Shown: positions 11,719 through 25,411 of the stretch, piece by piece | How positions within the stretch are numbered: position 1 is the first letter of the stretch | Layout: each line of letters begins with the position of its first letter | From: Selaginella moellendorffii | Taxonomy: Eukaryota > Plantae > Lycopodiophyta | Direction: 5' to 3' | NCBI RefSeq assembly: GCF_000143415.4 | Contig: NW_003314266.1 | Span: forward strand, 642,463-706,462 | DNA: 64,000 bases | Notes under the pieces: model-generated | What the model was told of the DNA's origin: nothing | The model's input: only the letters and a program-made list of their open reading frames with translations | The model's database searches: none | Program-made: the position numbers and the translations under genes

Positions 11719-12058
11719 CGATCATGACTTGACGTGGAGTAACGACGACGCTCTCATTTCATGCCTCACAACAAAAAATCACAGCCATGAGGGGAGAAAA
11801 AGAGGGCAATCGGGGAGGAAGGAAAGAGGGCACTCACCCAGCATCGAGCCTTCTCGTGCTTCTCCTTGCTCTCCCATGCTTAACAGTTGTTTTCTCGTTC
11901 ACGCCCTACATTATATTTATCATGACCAAATGTGAAATGCAATCAAGATATAATTCACCAGAACGAACTCTTTCCAATTTGTGTGTGGATTTATAGATGA
12001 AATACACAGATGGCTAGCTTAAGGTAAACTGTTGAGAGAAAGTTGGCCAAACCATTCC

Positions 12059-13422
12059 TCAAAATAAAAGCACATAAGAGGAGAAGTTTTCCGGCTCCAG
12101 CTCCATGAGCTTCTCCACGGCCATTCTCCCACGCCTCGCATCGTCGTGCATTTTGGATGCGCCCAACATGACAGTCCATGGAATAGGATTCACAGTCGAT
12201 GACGAAGAAACCAGAAAATCAGTAGTTTCTTCCACCATACTCAAGAGGCCGCATTTTCCCATGAGATCCACCACGCAAAACAAGTGTTCGCCAGTCTGAA
12301 CGATGCCAAAGTCCTGCGTTGCATATGTGTAGCAGTTCCAAGAGTCCTGAAGCCTTCCATCGACGCTGCAAGCTGAGAGGATTGCGAGAAGCGTCACACT
12401 GTCCGGAGAGAAACCATTCAAAACCATCGCACGAAACGTTTCTCTGGCCATACAACCGTGACCCCGGTGAGAATATCCGGATATCAGAGAGTTCCATGAC
12501 ACGGAATCTCTCTCGTCCATGGACTGGAAGATATTATCAGTCATCTCTACAAATCCAGCGCTAGCATACGCACCCAAGATTGCGTTCCAAGAGATTACAT
12601 TGCGATGTGGCATCCGGTCAAACATAAATCTTGCATAATCCAAATGCCCATTTGAGGAAAATGCTGCGACTATTGTATTCCACGATAAAACACACTGTTG
12701 CGGCGTTAAATCGAATATTTTCTTTGCGTCAACTAATCTTCCAAGATGTGCGTAAGCAGCAGTAATGGTGCTCCACGACACCAAATCTCTCTGCGGCATC
12801 CTGTCGAAGAGAAAGCTCACAACTGGAGCTCCCGCTCATGGGAGTAGGCCGTAATCATCGTGTTCCAGGCGATTACGTCTCTCTCGGGCGCGATCTCAAA
12901 GAAGCTGCGAGCGAGGCCCAACTCGCCGTCGTGGACGAGCGATCCGAGCATGGCGTTCCACGGAACGACACTCCACTGCGGCATTCTCTCGAAGAACAAT
13001 TGCGCGAGGCGGGAATCGCCCTCCTTTCGGGCATAAGCGCTCACCATCGTCGTCCACGACACGACGTTCCTGCGATCCATTGCCTCGAACAGCGCCCTGG
13101 CCTGCCGGATGTCGCCGTTTTCCACTCTGCCATGGATCATCAAATTCCACGAGAAGACGTTCTTTGCGTGGATCTCGTCAAAAGCTTCCCGGGATTCCTG
13201 CAAATGCCCACACTGGGCATACATTTGGACGAGATGGTTCGCGAGGTACGTGTTGGTGGTGGATGGATCGCCTTGTGAGTCGAGGAGCTCACAGTGAATC
13301 CTCCTCCCCTTTCTCACGTCTCTTCCGATGCCACACTGCCTCAATCTCGATGCGTAGCTCTCCACGATGGAGTGCTTGGAAGTGGCAGTGGACTTGAGGC
13401 ATTGCTTGAGCACTCTCTTCAT
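12059..13422 (-). pseudogene. PLS-E PPR copy 2, frameshifted near 12819 (chimera of copy 3 and copy 1)
   Basis: ORFs 12817-13434 and 12059-12820, with the same 1-bp deletion as copy 1. Confidence 0.88.
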
Positions 13423-13560
13423 CCATGGACGCAAATACGAAAATAGGTTCTAACCACTATTTTCCTCTATGAATCAAAGTTGACGAAAGTCAACGGAATG
13501 TGAAAATCAAGTCTATGACCAAATTGAAATCGCCCTGGCATATCTCGTTCCGTGATGATT

Positions 13561-14751
13561 CTACAAAGTTTTGGCCAGCCGCTGCATAGCTCGAAAGTGA
13601 AGCGACGTCGATGGCATGACAAGGGGCCAGTCCTTCTCCGGAATACCCTCAATGTCGTTACCCCAAGCTGCAAGTGTCCTATACTGCAGGAGGTCATACT
13701 CGATGAGACTGTTCACCTTGCCCACGGAAAGCTTGTTGCAGAGCGTCATGTAGGGCGTAATACCGTCCTTGTGTTTCACCAAGGTGGACACTACGGCCTT
13801 CCAATCGTCCTTGGTCCAGCACGGCTTGCTAGGCTTGTTGGCAGGGACGGCCTCTGGAAAGCAAGCAAGCCGGACCTTCAAACAGCAGCTTGACAGAAGC
13901 GAGGCCTTCACAGCGTCCCATGACTCAATGCTCCCAGCAGCTCTGGCTAGTAAGCCCATCCGTCCACCCATATGGCTGTATATGTCCTTCCACAACTCGT
14001 CGGACACTCCATCAGAACCCGTCGGTAGGAGCGTCTCAAAGAACTGGCGAGCTTCCGCTTCATTCAAATCGCCTACGTTTAAAGTGTCCGCTCGGAGGCT
14101 GCCTATGTAGCCCGCAAGCCAAGTCCCAAAGAAGTTCTCCGAGGATGCCAGCACCACATTCATGATGTGCTCCTGCTTCGTCACCATCACAAAGAAAGCG
14201 AGCAGCTGGTCGAGCTCTTTCTTGGTCCCTGGATCTGTGGTCCAAGTGCACAACCAGTTGGCCTCATCCAGAACGATCGTCGGATAGACCTTAGCATACT
14301 CCCCGCCACCTTTCAGAACCAGGCTATCACAAGAGACACCGTAGGACTTGATAGCTGCAAGGACTGTGTCCATGTCGTCTGCCTTGTCCATCTGGTCCTT
14401 AACAACACTCCAGCTGTCCACCTGAGAGGCCCTGACGGAAGGTAAAAAGCTGGACTTGAACATTCGGGCAACGCCCCTCGGAGAAATCGAGCCGCGCATG
14501 TCAGCGAAGGAGGACACTCCGGGATACTCACCCTCACCTTGCCTCCGCAGGAATTCCCTCAGAAGGGCACTCTTCCCCGAATCCTTCGGTCCACTCACCA
14601 CAACTAAGTTGCCTCCCGAAACCGAGTCACCTACAGCGGCCACAAGGCGCCCATTCAGCGCCGCGAGCTCGTTTTCCCTGGCGAAAACTGTCCGCCCCTG
14701 ATTGAAGTTCGCCACGCTCGAGGAGAAGCGCCTCAGCATCTTCGAAGCCAT
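13561..14751 (-). CDS. Archaeal-type P-loop ATPase, copy 2 (protein identical to copy 1)
   Basis: The 401-aa ORF-track translation is identical to 1719-2924. Confidence 0.85.
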   Translation of the reverse strand: MASKMLRRFSSSVANFNQGRTVFARENELAALNGRLVAAVGDSVSGGNLVVVSGPKDSGKSALLREFLRRQGEGEYPGVSSFADMRGSISPRGVARMFKSSFLPSVRASQVDSWSVVKDQMDKADDMDTVLAAIKSYGVSCDSLVLKGGGEYAKVYPTIVLDEANWLCTWTTDPGTKKELDQLLAFFVMVTKQEHIMNVVLASSENFFGTWLAGYIGSLRADTLNVGDLNEAEARQFFETLLPTGSDGVSDELWKDIYSHMGGRMGLLARAAGSIESWDAVKASLLSSCCLKVRLACFPEAVPANKPSKPCWTKDDWKAVVSTLVKHKDGITPYMTLCNKLSVGKVNSLIEYDLLQYRTLAAWGNDIEGIPEKDWPLVMPSTSLHFRAMQRLAKTL

Positions 14752-14831
14752 AGCTATACACTGCAAGGGTTTAGTAGGCGTGGAGCCTCGTGCATAAATA
14801 TAGCTATTTACACTGCAAGGGCTTCCCTTTT

Positions 14832-16017
14832 AGTAGGCGTCTTTCTTCCACGCCTCGCATCGTCGTGCACCGTCCATGGAATAGGATTCACCGACGACGA
14901 AGAAACATCTATAGTCTCTTCGACCATACCCAAGAGCGCACATTTTCCCATGAGTATTTGCCAGTCCGAACGACGCTCTATACTTCGATGTTCCTCGCAG
15001 ATCACGAAGAACAAACTTGGCGAAGAAACCGGCGGCTGGGTCGGCGACCAAAGTTCTCCGTTGCATATGCGTAACAGTTCCACGAGTCTTGAAGCCTTCC
15101 ATCGAGGGTGCAAGCCGAGGGGATTATGAGACTGTCCGGAATTCAAAACCATCGCACGAAACGTCTCCCTGGTATCAGAGAGTTCGACGACACGGATTCT
15201 CTCTAGTCCATGGACTGGAAGATGTTCTCCGCAACATCAACGCTAGCAAAGGCATCGAAGATTGCGTTCCGAGAGATTACATTGCGATGTGGCATATGAT
15301 GAAAAGTAAAGCTTGCATAATCTAGAGTTTAAGGCAAATGCTGTGACTATTGTGTTCTAGGATAAAACATACTGTTGCGGCGTTGAATCAAAGATTTTCT
15401 TGGCGTCAACTAATCTTCCAAGATGTGCGTAAGCCGCAGTAATTGACGACACCAAATCTCTCTGTGGCATCCTGTCGAAGAGAAAGCTCGGGATCTAAAG
15501 CTCCCGCTCATGGGAGTAGGCCGTAATCATCGTGTTCCAGGCGATCACGTCTCTCTTGGGCGCGATCTCAAAGAACCTGAGAGCGAGGCCCAACTCGACG
15601 TCGTGGACGAGCGATCCGCGCATGGTGTTCCACCACTGCGGCATTCTCTCCAAGAACAATCGCGCGCAAGGAGGGAATCGCCCTCCTTTCGGGCATAGCA
15701 CTCCACGACATGACGTTCCTGCGAGCCGGTTGCCTGGGACAGTGCCCTGGCCTGCCGGATGTTGCCGTTTTTCACGCTGCCATGGATCATCACATTCCAC
15801 GAGAAGACGTTCTTGGCGTGGACATACATTTGGACGAGACGGTTGGCGAGGTACGTGTTGATGGTGGATGGATCGCCTTGCGAGCCGAGGTGGATCCTCC
15901 TCCCTCTTATTTTTAAACACACCTAAAATCACGTCTCTCACGTCACGCATTGCCTCGATCACGATGCGTATCCCTCCACGATGGAGTCTTTGGAAGTGGC
16001 AGTGGACTTGAGGCATT
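14832..16017 (-). pseudogene. Degenerate PPR paralog, copy 2
   Basis: Same fragments as 2990-4175 at +11842. Confidence 0.88.
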
Positions 16018-16442
16018 GGTTTGCCACAGTGTTTCCTCAAAGGGGTGCAAGGATTTCTCGATAATGTGGAAAAGAAAAGAAAAGCCCAGCCTTGGACAAC
16101 TCAGATCTTCTTCTAAATCAAGAAAAGTTACATCTGGAAAGTGAAAGCTCACACGACAATGAAGTTTTTTATTCTTCCTTGCAAGATTCAAAGACAATTC
16201 TTTTGAGTTCAAAACTCTTGGAATTTCACGAACACACACAAACCAGTTATCATGGATGTGATGATCAAACTTTATGTCATTTCCGATCCAAAGTCAGCAT
16301 TTATACTAACATAAAAAGTATTTTGCTTAGATAAAAACATCTTAAATAGAGGAGTAGAGATTGAGTTGGTCTTATAAGTCTATTTTTGAACAAATTTAAT
16401 TAATATGAATACTTAATTAAAACCAATAATATAAATTTCTCT

Positions 16443-19400
16443 TGTGAGTGGATGGAATATGGAAAGGGAATACAAAAAATATGCATATCACTTAGCCCAA
16501 AAACCTTAGTTTATATATAGAAATAAGTGGTTTAGATTGAAATCAATCCAATGGTTACTAAAATCCCATTATACTAATATTAGTATATGGCATCGTAGCT
16601 GTACACTTGGCCCTTATATCATTCCCTCCTCTCGGAATAATAGAAGATCATTAGGGTTCTTTTATAGATGGGCTGGGATCTAGAAGAACGTTAAGAGGAG
16701 GCATTAGCGGATCTATAGGTGGTATTAACTACTCTTGATCCCTTTGTATGAAGTGTTTTAACTGCTGCACATGCACAATCTCTAGAGGATCGGCCTACTG
16801 GACGTCATGCCAAACTTCATAAACTTGTGGTCCAACTTGCCACAATACCCGATATAGTCCTTTCTATTGAGCAAGAAGCCCCTTAGATAAACCACGTATC
16901 ATAAAATGAGGAAAACAGACTAACACCAAGTCATCTACTTTGTACTCCACAAGTGGATGATGACAGGATTTGTAGCACTGTTATTGTCCCACTTGCATAC
17001 GGCCTAAGTGTTCGGTAGACTCTTCTCGGACAAGTGGAATAATGCTCGTCAAATACTAATCCCACGACCTAGCATTGGCAGCTCATGGCAATTACAAAGG
17101 TAAACCCAGCTCTATTGGTAATATTGGATTATGACCATATAGGAGTTTATATGGTGAAGCACCAATAAAACTCTGCACCCTTGTAACATATGCATACTGA
17201 AGAGACAACAAATAACCATCCCAATCCAAATGTTGAAAGTTCACATACTTTGCAATCATCCATTTGAACGTCTGAATAAGTCGTTCCACCAGACTGTCTG
17301 ATTGTGGATGATAAGCACTTGTGAAAGTGTTGCGTATCTCCAACCAAAATGTCAAAACATGAAATGCCTTAGTCATAAATATGGGACCATTATCCGAAAA
17401 ATTCTGCTCTAGACAAGAATGCTGGAACACCACTTGATTGAGTAGGAAGTATCCAATAGCAATTGTAGAGGCACTAGCAAAAGCATCAACTTCCATCCAA
17501 CAAGTCAAGTAGTCAGAAGCAATAATAACATACTCATTGCTAACAGTCGACCGTGGAAAAGGTCTCATAAGATCAAACGCCACCAACTCAAATGGACGAA
17601 AAACTACACTTGACTCCAACCGTCCTTCTGCAGCATGAGGGGGAGTATTACGAACTTGACACCAAACGTAGCTACACATATACTAGATAATATCATGTCA
17701 CATCTTTGGCCAATAGAAAGACTTGCGCAACTTCTCAGTTACATGACAATGTCCTATATGCCCACCTAGAATAGGAGAATCATGGTAGGCATGGAGAAAC
17801 CATGGAATAAAGACAAAAGGCACCACCAGCTGTAAATGATCATCAAGATCTGTCCCCACAAAATAAAGAATGCCGTTTTCAAAGTGATATAAATGCCGGA
17901 AAGGCAAGTCATCAGCAAGTGATGTAGGATTCTCAAACCCATCTCGAAGCCTTCGAATCCACGGCTCAATCTTTTGAGCCTTGTGAACTTCATCAAGAGA
18001 AGATAGATCTTGTTTTGCACCTTGTGGACACTGAATGTCAAGTACAGCAATTGTTGACGCAACAGAATCCTCGTTTAGAAAATCCACAAATGCTGGAACA
18101 ACAGACTCATTAAAAACATGAGAGGAGATTGGAGAAGGAAGAGGAGCTCGAGAAAGGGTATCAGCATTAGCCATAGAACTCCTTGGGCGATGAACAACAT
18201 CAAAATCATATATCTGAAGCTTCAAAGCCCACTAAGCAATATGACCAACCAGGTTCTTTCGTTTCAATAATGAAGTAACGGTAGCATGGTCACCTTCAAG
18301 TAACGTCTGAGAACTATGTAGATATATATGAAGTTTCTCGAAACCCCAGACTATTGCTAAACACTTATTCTCTATTGTGGAGTATTTTACCTCCACTGGT
18401 TGTAATATATGGCTTATATATATAATAGGATGGCGCTAACCAAGCACACTCAAGTGTAAGACACAAAATCCCTAGGCCCCAAAGTGGAGCCGAAAGGGTG
18501 CCATGTGGTAGTGACCGAAGCAAAAGCCAAACGAGTGTAACACGTTTGGACTAAAAGCTCCGACTCGAAAGGTTGAGAGCGGGAGTGGAACTCCCAACAA
18601 AGTGCTCGAAGAATGAGCACGAAGCGAGCAATAAGCAAGGCTCTAAAAAGGGACCCAAAAAGGACCAACACATGACACGTGGAGGAGTCCGAGATGGACC
18701 GAGACGGAGTCCGAGATGGAGTCTGAGAAGGAGTCCGAGATGGAGTCCGAGAAGGAGTTCGAGATGGAGTCCGAGATGGAGTCTGAGATGGAGTCCGAGG
18801 TGGAGTCTAAGATGGACCGAAACGGAGCCCAAGATGGAGTTTGAGATGGACCGAGAAGGAGTCCGAGATGGAGTCCGAAATGGAGTTCGAGATGGACCTG
18901 AGATGGAGTCCGAGATGGACCCAAGATGGAGTCCGAGAAGGACCCGAGATGGACTCCGAGGTCGAGACCGAGACCGAGACCGGGACCAGGACCGAGACCA
19001 GGACCGAGACTGAGACCGAGATCGGGACCAAGACCGAGACCGAGACCGAGACCGAGATCGGGACCGAGACCGAGATCGGGACGGAGACCGAGACTGAGGC
19101 CAAGGCTGAGACTGAACCCAAGCCCGAGTCCGAGTTTAGGTCCGAGTCCGAGTCCGAGTTCGAGTTCAAGTCCGAGTTCGAGTCCGAGAGGGTGAAAGCC
19201 CAAAGCGTTCATCTCCCAGACCCTGGGGGGTTTGGTGAGCTCCAAAAGTATAGTAGGGGGAGGATTGTAGTGGAGCCAGTTTGGCCAGGAAAGGCCAGTT
19301 TGGCTAGGAAGGCTATACCCAGTGTTGGGTGATGAGCTACCCACTGGGAAGTTCAAGACTAGAGTGAACATGGACCGACAAGTGGGGTAGCTTGGTGAAG

Positions 19401-21812
19401 TGTTCAAGAGCCAGCTCTAGTTCCCCCGGAAGATCGACTGGCCGATGCTCCCAGTTCAAGTGTGGGTGGCACTACCTACTTGGATACCAAGTGTGGCTTA
19501 ACGGAACCTCACTCTAAGCCCACGGCTAGAGCACCTAAAGGCGGAAGGTGGGGAGAGTACCCATGAAGGCCGTGTAGGGCCACGGTATTCCAAAATATTG
19601 TCCCAAAGTCTCAGACTGTGGAAAGGAAGAAGAGTAGCCCTGTGGTGTGGTGACCAAGGACACAGTCACACAATGAGGAAGTCCTAGAGGACAGTGAGAC
19701 TTAGTGGTCAGGCTCATGGGCCTTGATCTAGTGGCAGTGTTGGCGAACATGGCCCAAGACAGAAAGGGACTTGGTGGGGACCGGAAAGGGGATATTGGGG
19801 AAGACTATTCCCCATGTCTAGAGGCATCCTAAAGATGTTAAGGAGTGGATCTAGGATGATCACTCATGGATGGATGGCCCAGCCTTTGAGAGACGAAACT
19901 GTGATGTAGGTGGTGTTAGACCACCGATGTGACCAAGGTGAATATGCATGGCCTTAGCGTAACGGGCCGATATGACGGTGGTACCTTGGGGTGTCAATCA
20001 TGGGTTTGGACACGTGAAGCACTTGGACCAAGTGCAAAGGTTGAGTGGCGGGGATGCCATTCTCGGGGCTAGCAAGCCCAAGTCCGAAATAGGACTTATG
20101 AAGGTTGTGAGTGAGACTCCTCCAAGTGGTTGGAGGTGTGGTTAAGTGACTAAAGTAAAATGGAAAATTTAATCACTTACATTAGGCTCTTTTGCATTAA
20201 TACACCTCCAAGACTAATATCAAAAACATCCACGCGCAAAATAAAAGGTTAAGTGTAATCAAGATATGCCAAAACTTGAGGAGTCATCAATAGCTTTTTG
20301 AGATCCACGAATGCCTGCTCACAATCTAAAGACCAGATGAAAGATGATGTTGATGACTTCAACAACACTCGCAATGGTGTAGTGCGATAAAAAAGATGGT
20401 CCACAAAACGACTGAGATACTACACCTTACCCAAAAAGTGTTGCACATCATTCACACACTTTGGAGTAGGGAACTTTAAAACAGCCACAAGTTTGTTAGG
20501 ATTAACTTGCAAACCCTCACGAGAAATACGATACCCAAGATAAGTTGTGTCCTTGGACCCAAACACGAACTTCGACCACTTCAACTTTAAACCAATGTCC
20601 CGTAGCCGATTCAACATTTTACAAACATCATGAACATGCTCCTCCCATGTCCCCTCCGAGTGGATCAAGACATCATTAATGAAGTCAGCAGTCACCTCCG
20701 GCATATCATAAAAAACCTCGTCCATCATCCACTGAAAAGTTGCTGAAGCATTGTTCAAACCAAACGGCATCACCAAGAACAATAGCAACATCAACCTCCA
20801 TTGGAACAGAACCATCACCCATAGGAAGTGGAACTGAAAGATGTGCAGTAAGAAGTGGAAAAAGCAACATTTCATAACGTTGTGCCAAGTGAAGAGCATT
20901 GTCAAGGTTGGTGAGAGCAAGTGCATGCACAAGTCCAACAAAATATTGATGAAGTGCTGCCCACAACACTCCTAGCTTGATCCGCTCTAATATATTTAGC
21001 TCCACACGAAGCAATATGTTTTGAAAATGAACGCCAAATTGCATCACTGACTTAGATGGCCCTTAACGGAGACGATGCAATTGCTAGAAGGCATCAACAC
21101 AATCGTCGACATGTCCAAATGCACGTTTGAAGATGTCTGGAAGAACACTCCAATCCCCACGAGTGGCTACACTCAAACCATTGTACCACTGTGGCAATCA
21201 CCATGAAGTGATCAAACCAATGGTACATGTCATCCCCAGGATTCTTGCAAAAGAACTCCAGCCGAATAAGAGGATTGGCACCAAGAGTAGGAGGAGTTAT
21301 ACCACGTGCCGTGAATGCAACTATTAACTAAGTTTGGTTGTTCAATTGCAAGCACATAGCATCAAGCAATTGTACCAACTGTTACTCTAGAATCAAAGGA
21401 GGAGATTGTTGATTTGCTATGAAAATGAAGGAAAAGGAAGAGCAAAAGAAGAGAAATGACAAAAATCTAGAAGGAAAGGGAGATCTAGACAATGTAAAAA
21501 GTTAGATCTAAACCAAAATTTTAAAAGGAAAGAACAAAAGAAAGGAAATTGAAAAAACTAAATTTAGACAGTGCAAAAGCTATATTTAAACTAAAATCCT
21601 AAATCCAAACACTCCTCAGGGACAATGAAAAGTGCCCCTCACCTCCACCAATATGAGTGCATAGAATATGGAAAGGGAATATAAAAAATATGCATATCAC
21701 TTAGTTTATATATAGGAGCAAATGGTTCGAATTGAAACCAATCTGACAGCTATTAAAATCCCACTATGCTAATATTAGTATATGGCATCATAGTTGTACA
21801 CTTGCCCTCACA
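16443..21812 (-). mobile_element. Decayed Ty3/gypsy LTR retrotransposon, copy 2
   Basis: Same LTR, PBS, PPT and gag-RT-RH-IN remnants at +11842. Confidence 0.92.
18455..20181. mobile_element. Nested solo-LTR-like insertion with minisatellite (18683-19188), copy 2
   Basis: TGTAAG...CTTACA termini, flanks tcaag/ttagg. Confidence 0.75.
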
Positions 21813-22624
21813 CTCCTAAATTTGTTATTCAAATTTTTAACATTATTTTAATCATGTTCAATTGTGATATATATATATAGCTTTTGGTAGTTTTTATACA
21901 TGTAAATATGTTAAGAACTTTACTTGCAATATCCCAAGGTACATATGCGATTTTTAATTAACATGAATTAATTTGATCTATATTTATTTTTTATTATAGG
22001 TTTAAAGGAAAATATTTAATATTCTATAAACATTATTTGTTTAAATTTAATTTAAGTTTTTATTAGCTAAAGAAACACTAATTATTATATAGATGTGGAT
22101 ATACCTCGGATATTCATAAATATTCTAGAATTTCTACTTATTTAACTTTGGATTAACATCCTTATTGCTTCAAAATTCTAAGGGTAAACTCTCCATCAAT
22201 AATTTGAAATATGGTTGTTATCAAGAGACAAATGCAAAAACAAAATCATAGTTGAACTATTTACTATACATTTTCATTGGGGAGTCTGGTAATGGGAAGA
22301 AAAGGCATATCATGGTGTTTACAATCCAAGAACTTTTCAATTCTTCTCTAGTTTTCTTCATGTAAACTTCTTAAATTGATCAACATATGATACCAAGGTT
22401 TAAAATTTAGAAAATTCTTGGCAACAATCCCTTTTATAGAATCACCACAAATTTGGAGCTGGTAACATTGTGTTTTCTTTTTGTCACTTCTCACGAAACC
22501 TGGACAACATCCAAGAGAGAACAAATAAAGATCCAAATCATCAGCATTTAATATGAAACACATGCTAAGGTAAACTCTTTTTGTATCACTCATAAAAAGG
22601 AAATACAAGTAGATTGCATAGATT

Positions 22625-23560
22625 TCAATACATGGGTTCAAAAAGGCATGAAAAAGCCTGTTGGATATAATAAAGATCTAACTCGTAGTTCACAAGTGCA
22701 CCAGCTGGTGGAACTCCCACTGCTCCACCTTCAAGAGGAACAAGTGTCTTAAAAACCTGTGGAGCTGGGAAGCATAAGGTATAGGATGCAAGTCCTGGAC
22801 CATTCAAAACAAGGCCACCATATCCAACCCCTGTGAGAATTGGAGAATTTCTCTAGATTGCATTTGGGCCCAAAGGGCAAATCCCAAATGAAACAAGCTG
22901 AATGGGCCTTCCACCCCGTGCTCTAGCTCCAGCTCTGCCCCTGCCATAGACCAAAGCCAACATAGCGATAGTTCCATTAGCTCTCTCGTTGAACCTTTTG
23001 AGACCGATATAGAGCTTGTAGCGAGGATAGTTTGGTCCAAGGAAGATCACAGCTCACTCATGAAGATTCTTGGGCATCTAGGATGTTGCAATCTCGATGA
23101 CAATAGCTCTGTAGGTTCTCAAAGCCGTAACATCGAGAGGAAGAATAAAACTTTGGCCACGGACTAGCATTGTTATATCGAGCTTTTAAAAGTCCCCCCC
23201 GAAATCTGGCTTGTAGCTAAGAACTATCGTCACCATGAACAATCCACCTACTTGTGCATCAAAAGCAGCTCCCACCTTTAACTGAGCTTGCCCATAGGGG
23301 TTATATAGAAGTTCCCTTGCTATGATCTTTCCTCACATGAAATCACAGAGGAACTTCCTGTTTCCCAATGCCCACCTGAAACCATTGACGTTAGAAGCAT
23401 CCAGGTTAGAAGCATTCTTGGTTGCTCACCTGGAGAAAGATTTGGCATTGGGAGCTGTTCTGATGATCAAGTCGCTTGGGCTGTAGAGCTCTTGATTTTC
23501 CTCCTCGCCTGTGAGCAAGGCAAACAAGCTTCTGCTCAACAGCTCTTGTTGTGCGCTCAT
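22625..23560 (-). pseudogene. Uma2/PD-(D/E)xK-like nuclease pseudogene, copy 2 (extra TGG>TAG stop at ~22853)
   Basis: Duplicate of 10783-11718, with ctctagattg in place of ctccagattg. Confidence 0.62.
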
Positions 23561-23908
23561 CGATCATGACTTGACGTGGAGTAACGACGACGCTCTCATT
23601 TCATGCCTCACAACAAAAAATCACAGCCATGAGGGGAGAAAAAGAGGGCAATCGGGGAGGAAGGAAAGAGGGCACTCACCCAGCATCGAGCCTTCTCGTG
23701 CTTCTCCTTGCTCTCCCATGCTTAACAGTTGTTTTCTCGTTCACGCCCTAGGGCACAACATTATATTTATCATGACCAAATGTGAAATGCAATCAAGATA
23801 TAATTCACCAGAACGAACTCTTTCCAATTTGTGTGTGGATTTATAGATGAAATACACAGATGGCTAGCTTAAGGTAAACTGTTGAGAGAAAGTTGGCCAA
23901 ACCATTCC

Positions 23909-25273
23909 TCAAAATAAAAGCACATAAGAGGAGAAGTTTTCCGGCTCCAGCTCCATGAGCTTCTCCACGGCCATTCTCCCACGCCTCGCATCGTCGTGCA
24001 TTTTGGATGCGCCCAACATGACAGTCCATGGAATAGGATTCACAGTCGATGACGAAGAAACCAGAAAATCAGTAGTTTCTTCCACCATACTCAAGAGGCC
24101 GCATTTTCCCATGAGATCCACCACGCAAAACAAGTGTTCGCCAGTCTGAACGATGCCAAAGTCCTGCGTTGCATATGTGTAGCAGTTCCAAGAGTCCTGA
24201 AGCCTTCCATCGACGCTGCAAGCTGAGAGGATTGCGAGAAGCGTCACACTGTCCGGAGAGAAACCATTCAAAACCATCGCACGAAACGTTTCTCTGGCCA
24301 TACAACCGTGACCCCAGTGAGAATATCCGGATATCAGAGAGTTCCATGACACGGAATCTCTCTCGTCCATGGACTGGAAGATATTATCAGTCATCTCTAC
24401 AAATCCAGCGCTAGCATACGCACCCAAGATTGCGTTCCAAGAGATTACATTGCGATGTGGCATCCGGTCAAACATAAATCTTGCATAATCCAAATGCCCA
24501 TTTGAGGAAAATGCTGCGACTATTGTATTCCACGATAAAACACACTGTTGCGGCGTTAAATCGAATATTTTCTTTGCGTCAACTAATCTTCCAAGATGTG
24601 CGTAAGCAGCAGTAATGGTGCTCCACGACACCAAATCTCTCTGCGGCATCCTGTCGAAGAGAAAGCTCGCGAACTGGAGCTCCCGCTCATGGGAGTAGGC
24701 CGTAATCATCGTGTTCCAGGCGATTACGTCTCTCTCGGGCGCGATCTCAAAGAAGCTGCGAGCGAGGCCCAACTCGCCATCGTGGACGAGCGATCCGAGC
24801 ATGGCGTTCCACGGAACGACACTCCACTGCGGCATTCTCTCAAAGAACAATTGTGCGAGGCGGGAATCGCCCTCCTTTCGGGCATAAGCGCTCACCATCG
24901 TCGTCCACGACACGACGTTCCTGCGATCCATTGCCTCGAACAGCGCCCTGGCCTGCCGGATGTCGCCGTTTTCCACGCTGCCATAGATCATCACATTCCA
25001 CGAGAAGACGTTCTTTGCGTGGATCTCGTCAAAAGCTTCCCGGGATTCCTGCAAATGCCCACACTGGGCATACATTTGGACGAGATGGTTCGCGAGGTAC
25101 GTGTTGGTGGTGGATGGATCGCCTTGTGAGTCGAGGAGCTCACGGTGAATCCTCCTCCCCTCTCTCACGTCTCTTCCGATGCCACACTGCCTCAATCTCG
25201 ATGCGTAGCTCTCCACGATGGAGTGCTTGGAAGTGGCAGTGGACTTGAGGCATTGCTTGAGCACTCTCTTCAT
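23909..25273 (-). CDS. Intact PLS-class PPR protein ending in E1/partial E2, no DYW domain (organellar RNA-editing-factor type), copy 3
   Basis: Uninterrupted ORF (458 aa in the track; first ATG MKRVLKQ at 25273) with PLS/SS repeats and a basic, Ser/Thr-rich N-terminus. Confidence 0.88.
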   Translation of the reverse strand: MKRVLKQCLKSTATSKHSIVESYASRLRQCGIGRDVREGRRIHRELLDSQGDPSTTNTYLANHLVQMYAQCGHLQESREAFDEIHAKNVFSWNVMIYGSVENGDIRQARALFEAMDRRNVVSWTTMVSAYARKEGDSRLAQLFFERMPQWSVVPWNAMLGSLVHDGELGLARSFFEIAPERDVIAWNTMITAYSHERELQFASFLFDRMPQRDLVSWSTITAAYAHLGRLVDAKKIFDLTPQQCVLSWNTIVAAFSSNGHLDYARFMFDRMPHRNVISWNAILGAYASAGFVEMTDNIFQSMDERDSVSWNSLISGYSHWGHGCMARETFRAMVLNGFSPDSVTLLAILSACSVDGRLQDSWNCYTYATQDFGIVQTGEHLFCVVDLMGKCGLLSMVEETTDFLVSSSSTVNPIPWTVMLGASKMHDDARRGRMAVEKLMELEPENFSSYVLLF

Positions 25274-25411
25274 CCATGGACGCAAATACGAAAATAGGTT
25301 CTAACCACTATTTTCCTCTATGAATCAAAGTTGACGAAAGTCAACGGAATGTGAAAATCAAGTCTATGACCAAATTGAAATCACCCTCGCATATCTCGTT
25401 CCCTGATGATT

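Noticed and set aside
4464-12000. Spacer Y as a Helitron (minus strand TC start, TTAG end)
   Set aside because: No convincing GC-rich subterminal hairpin, and the unit-3 junction is not an AT empty site.
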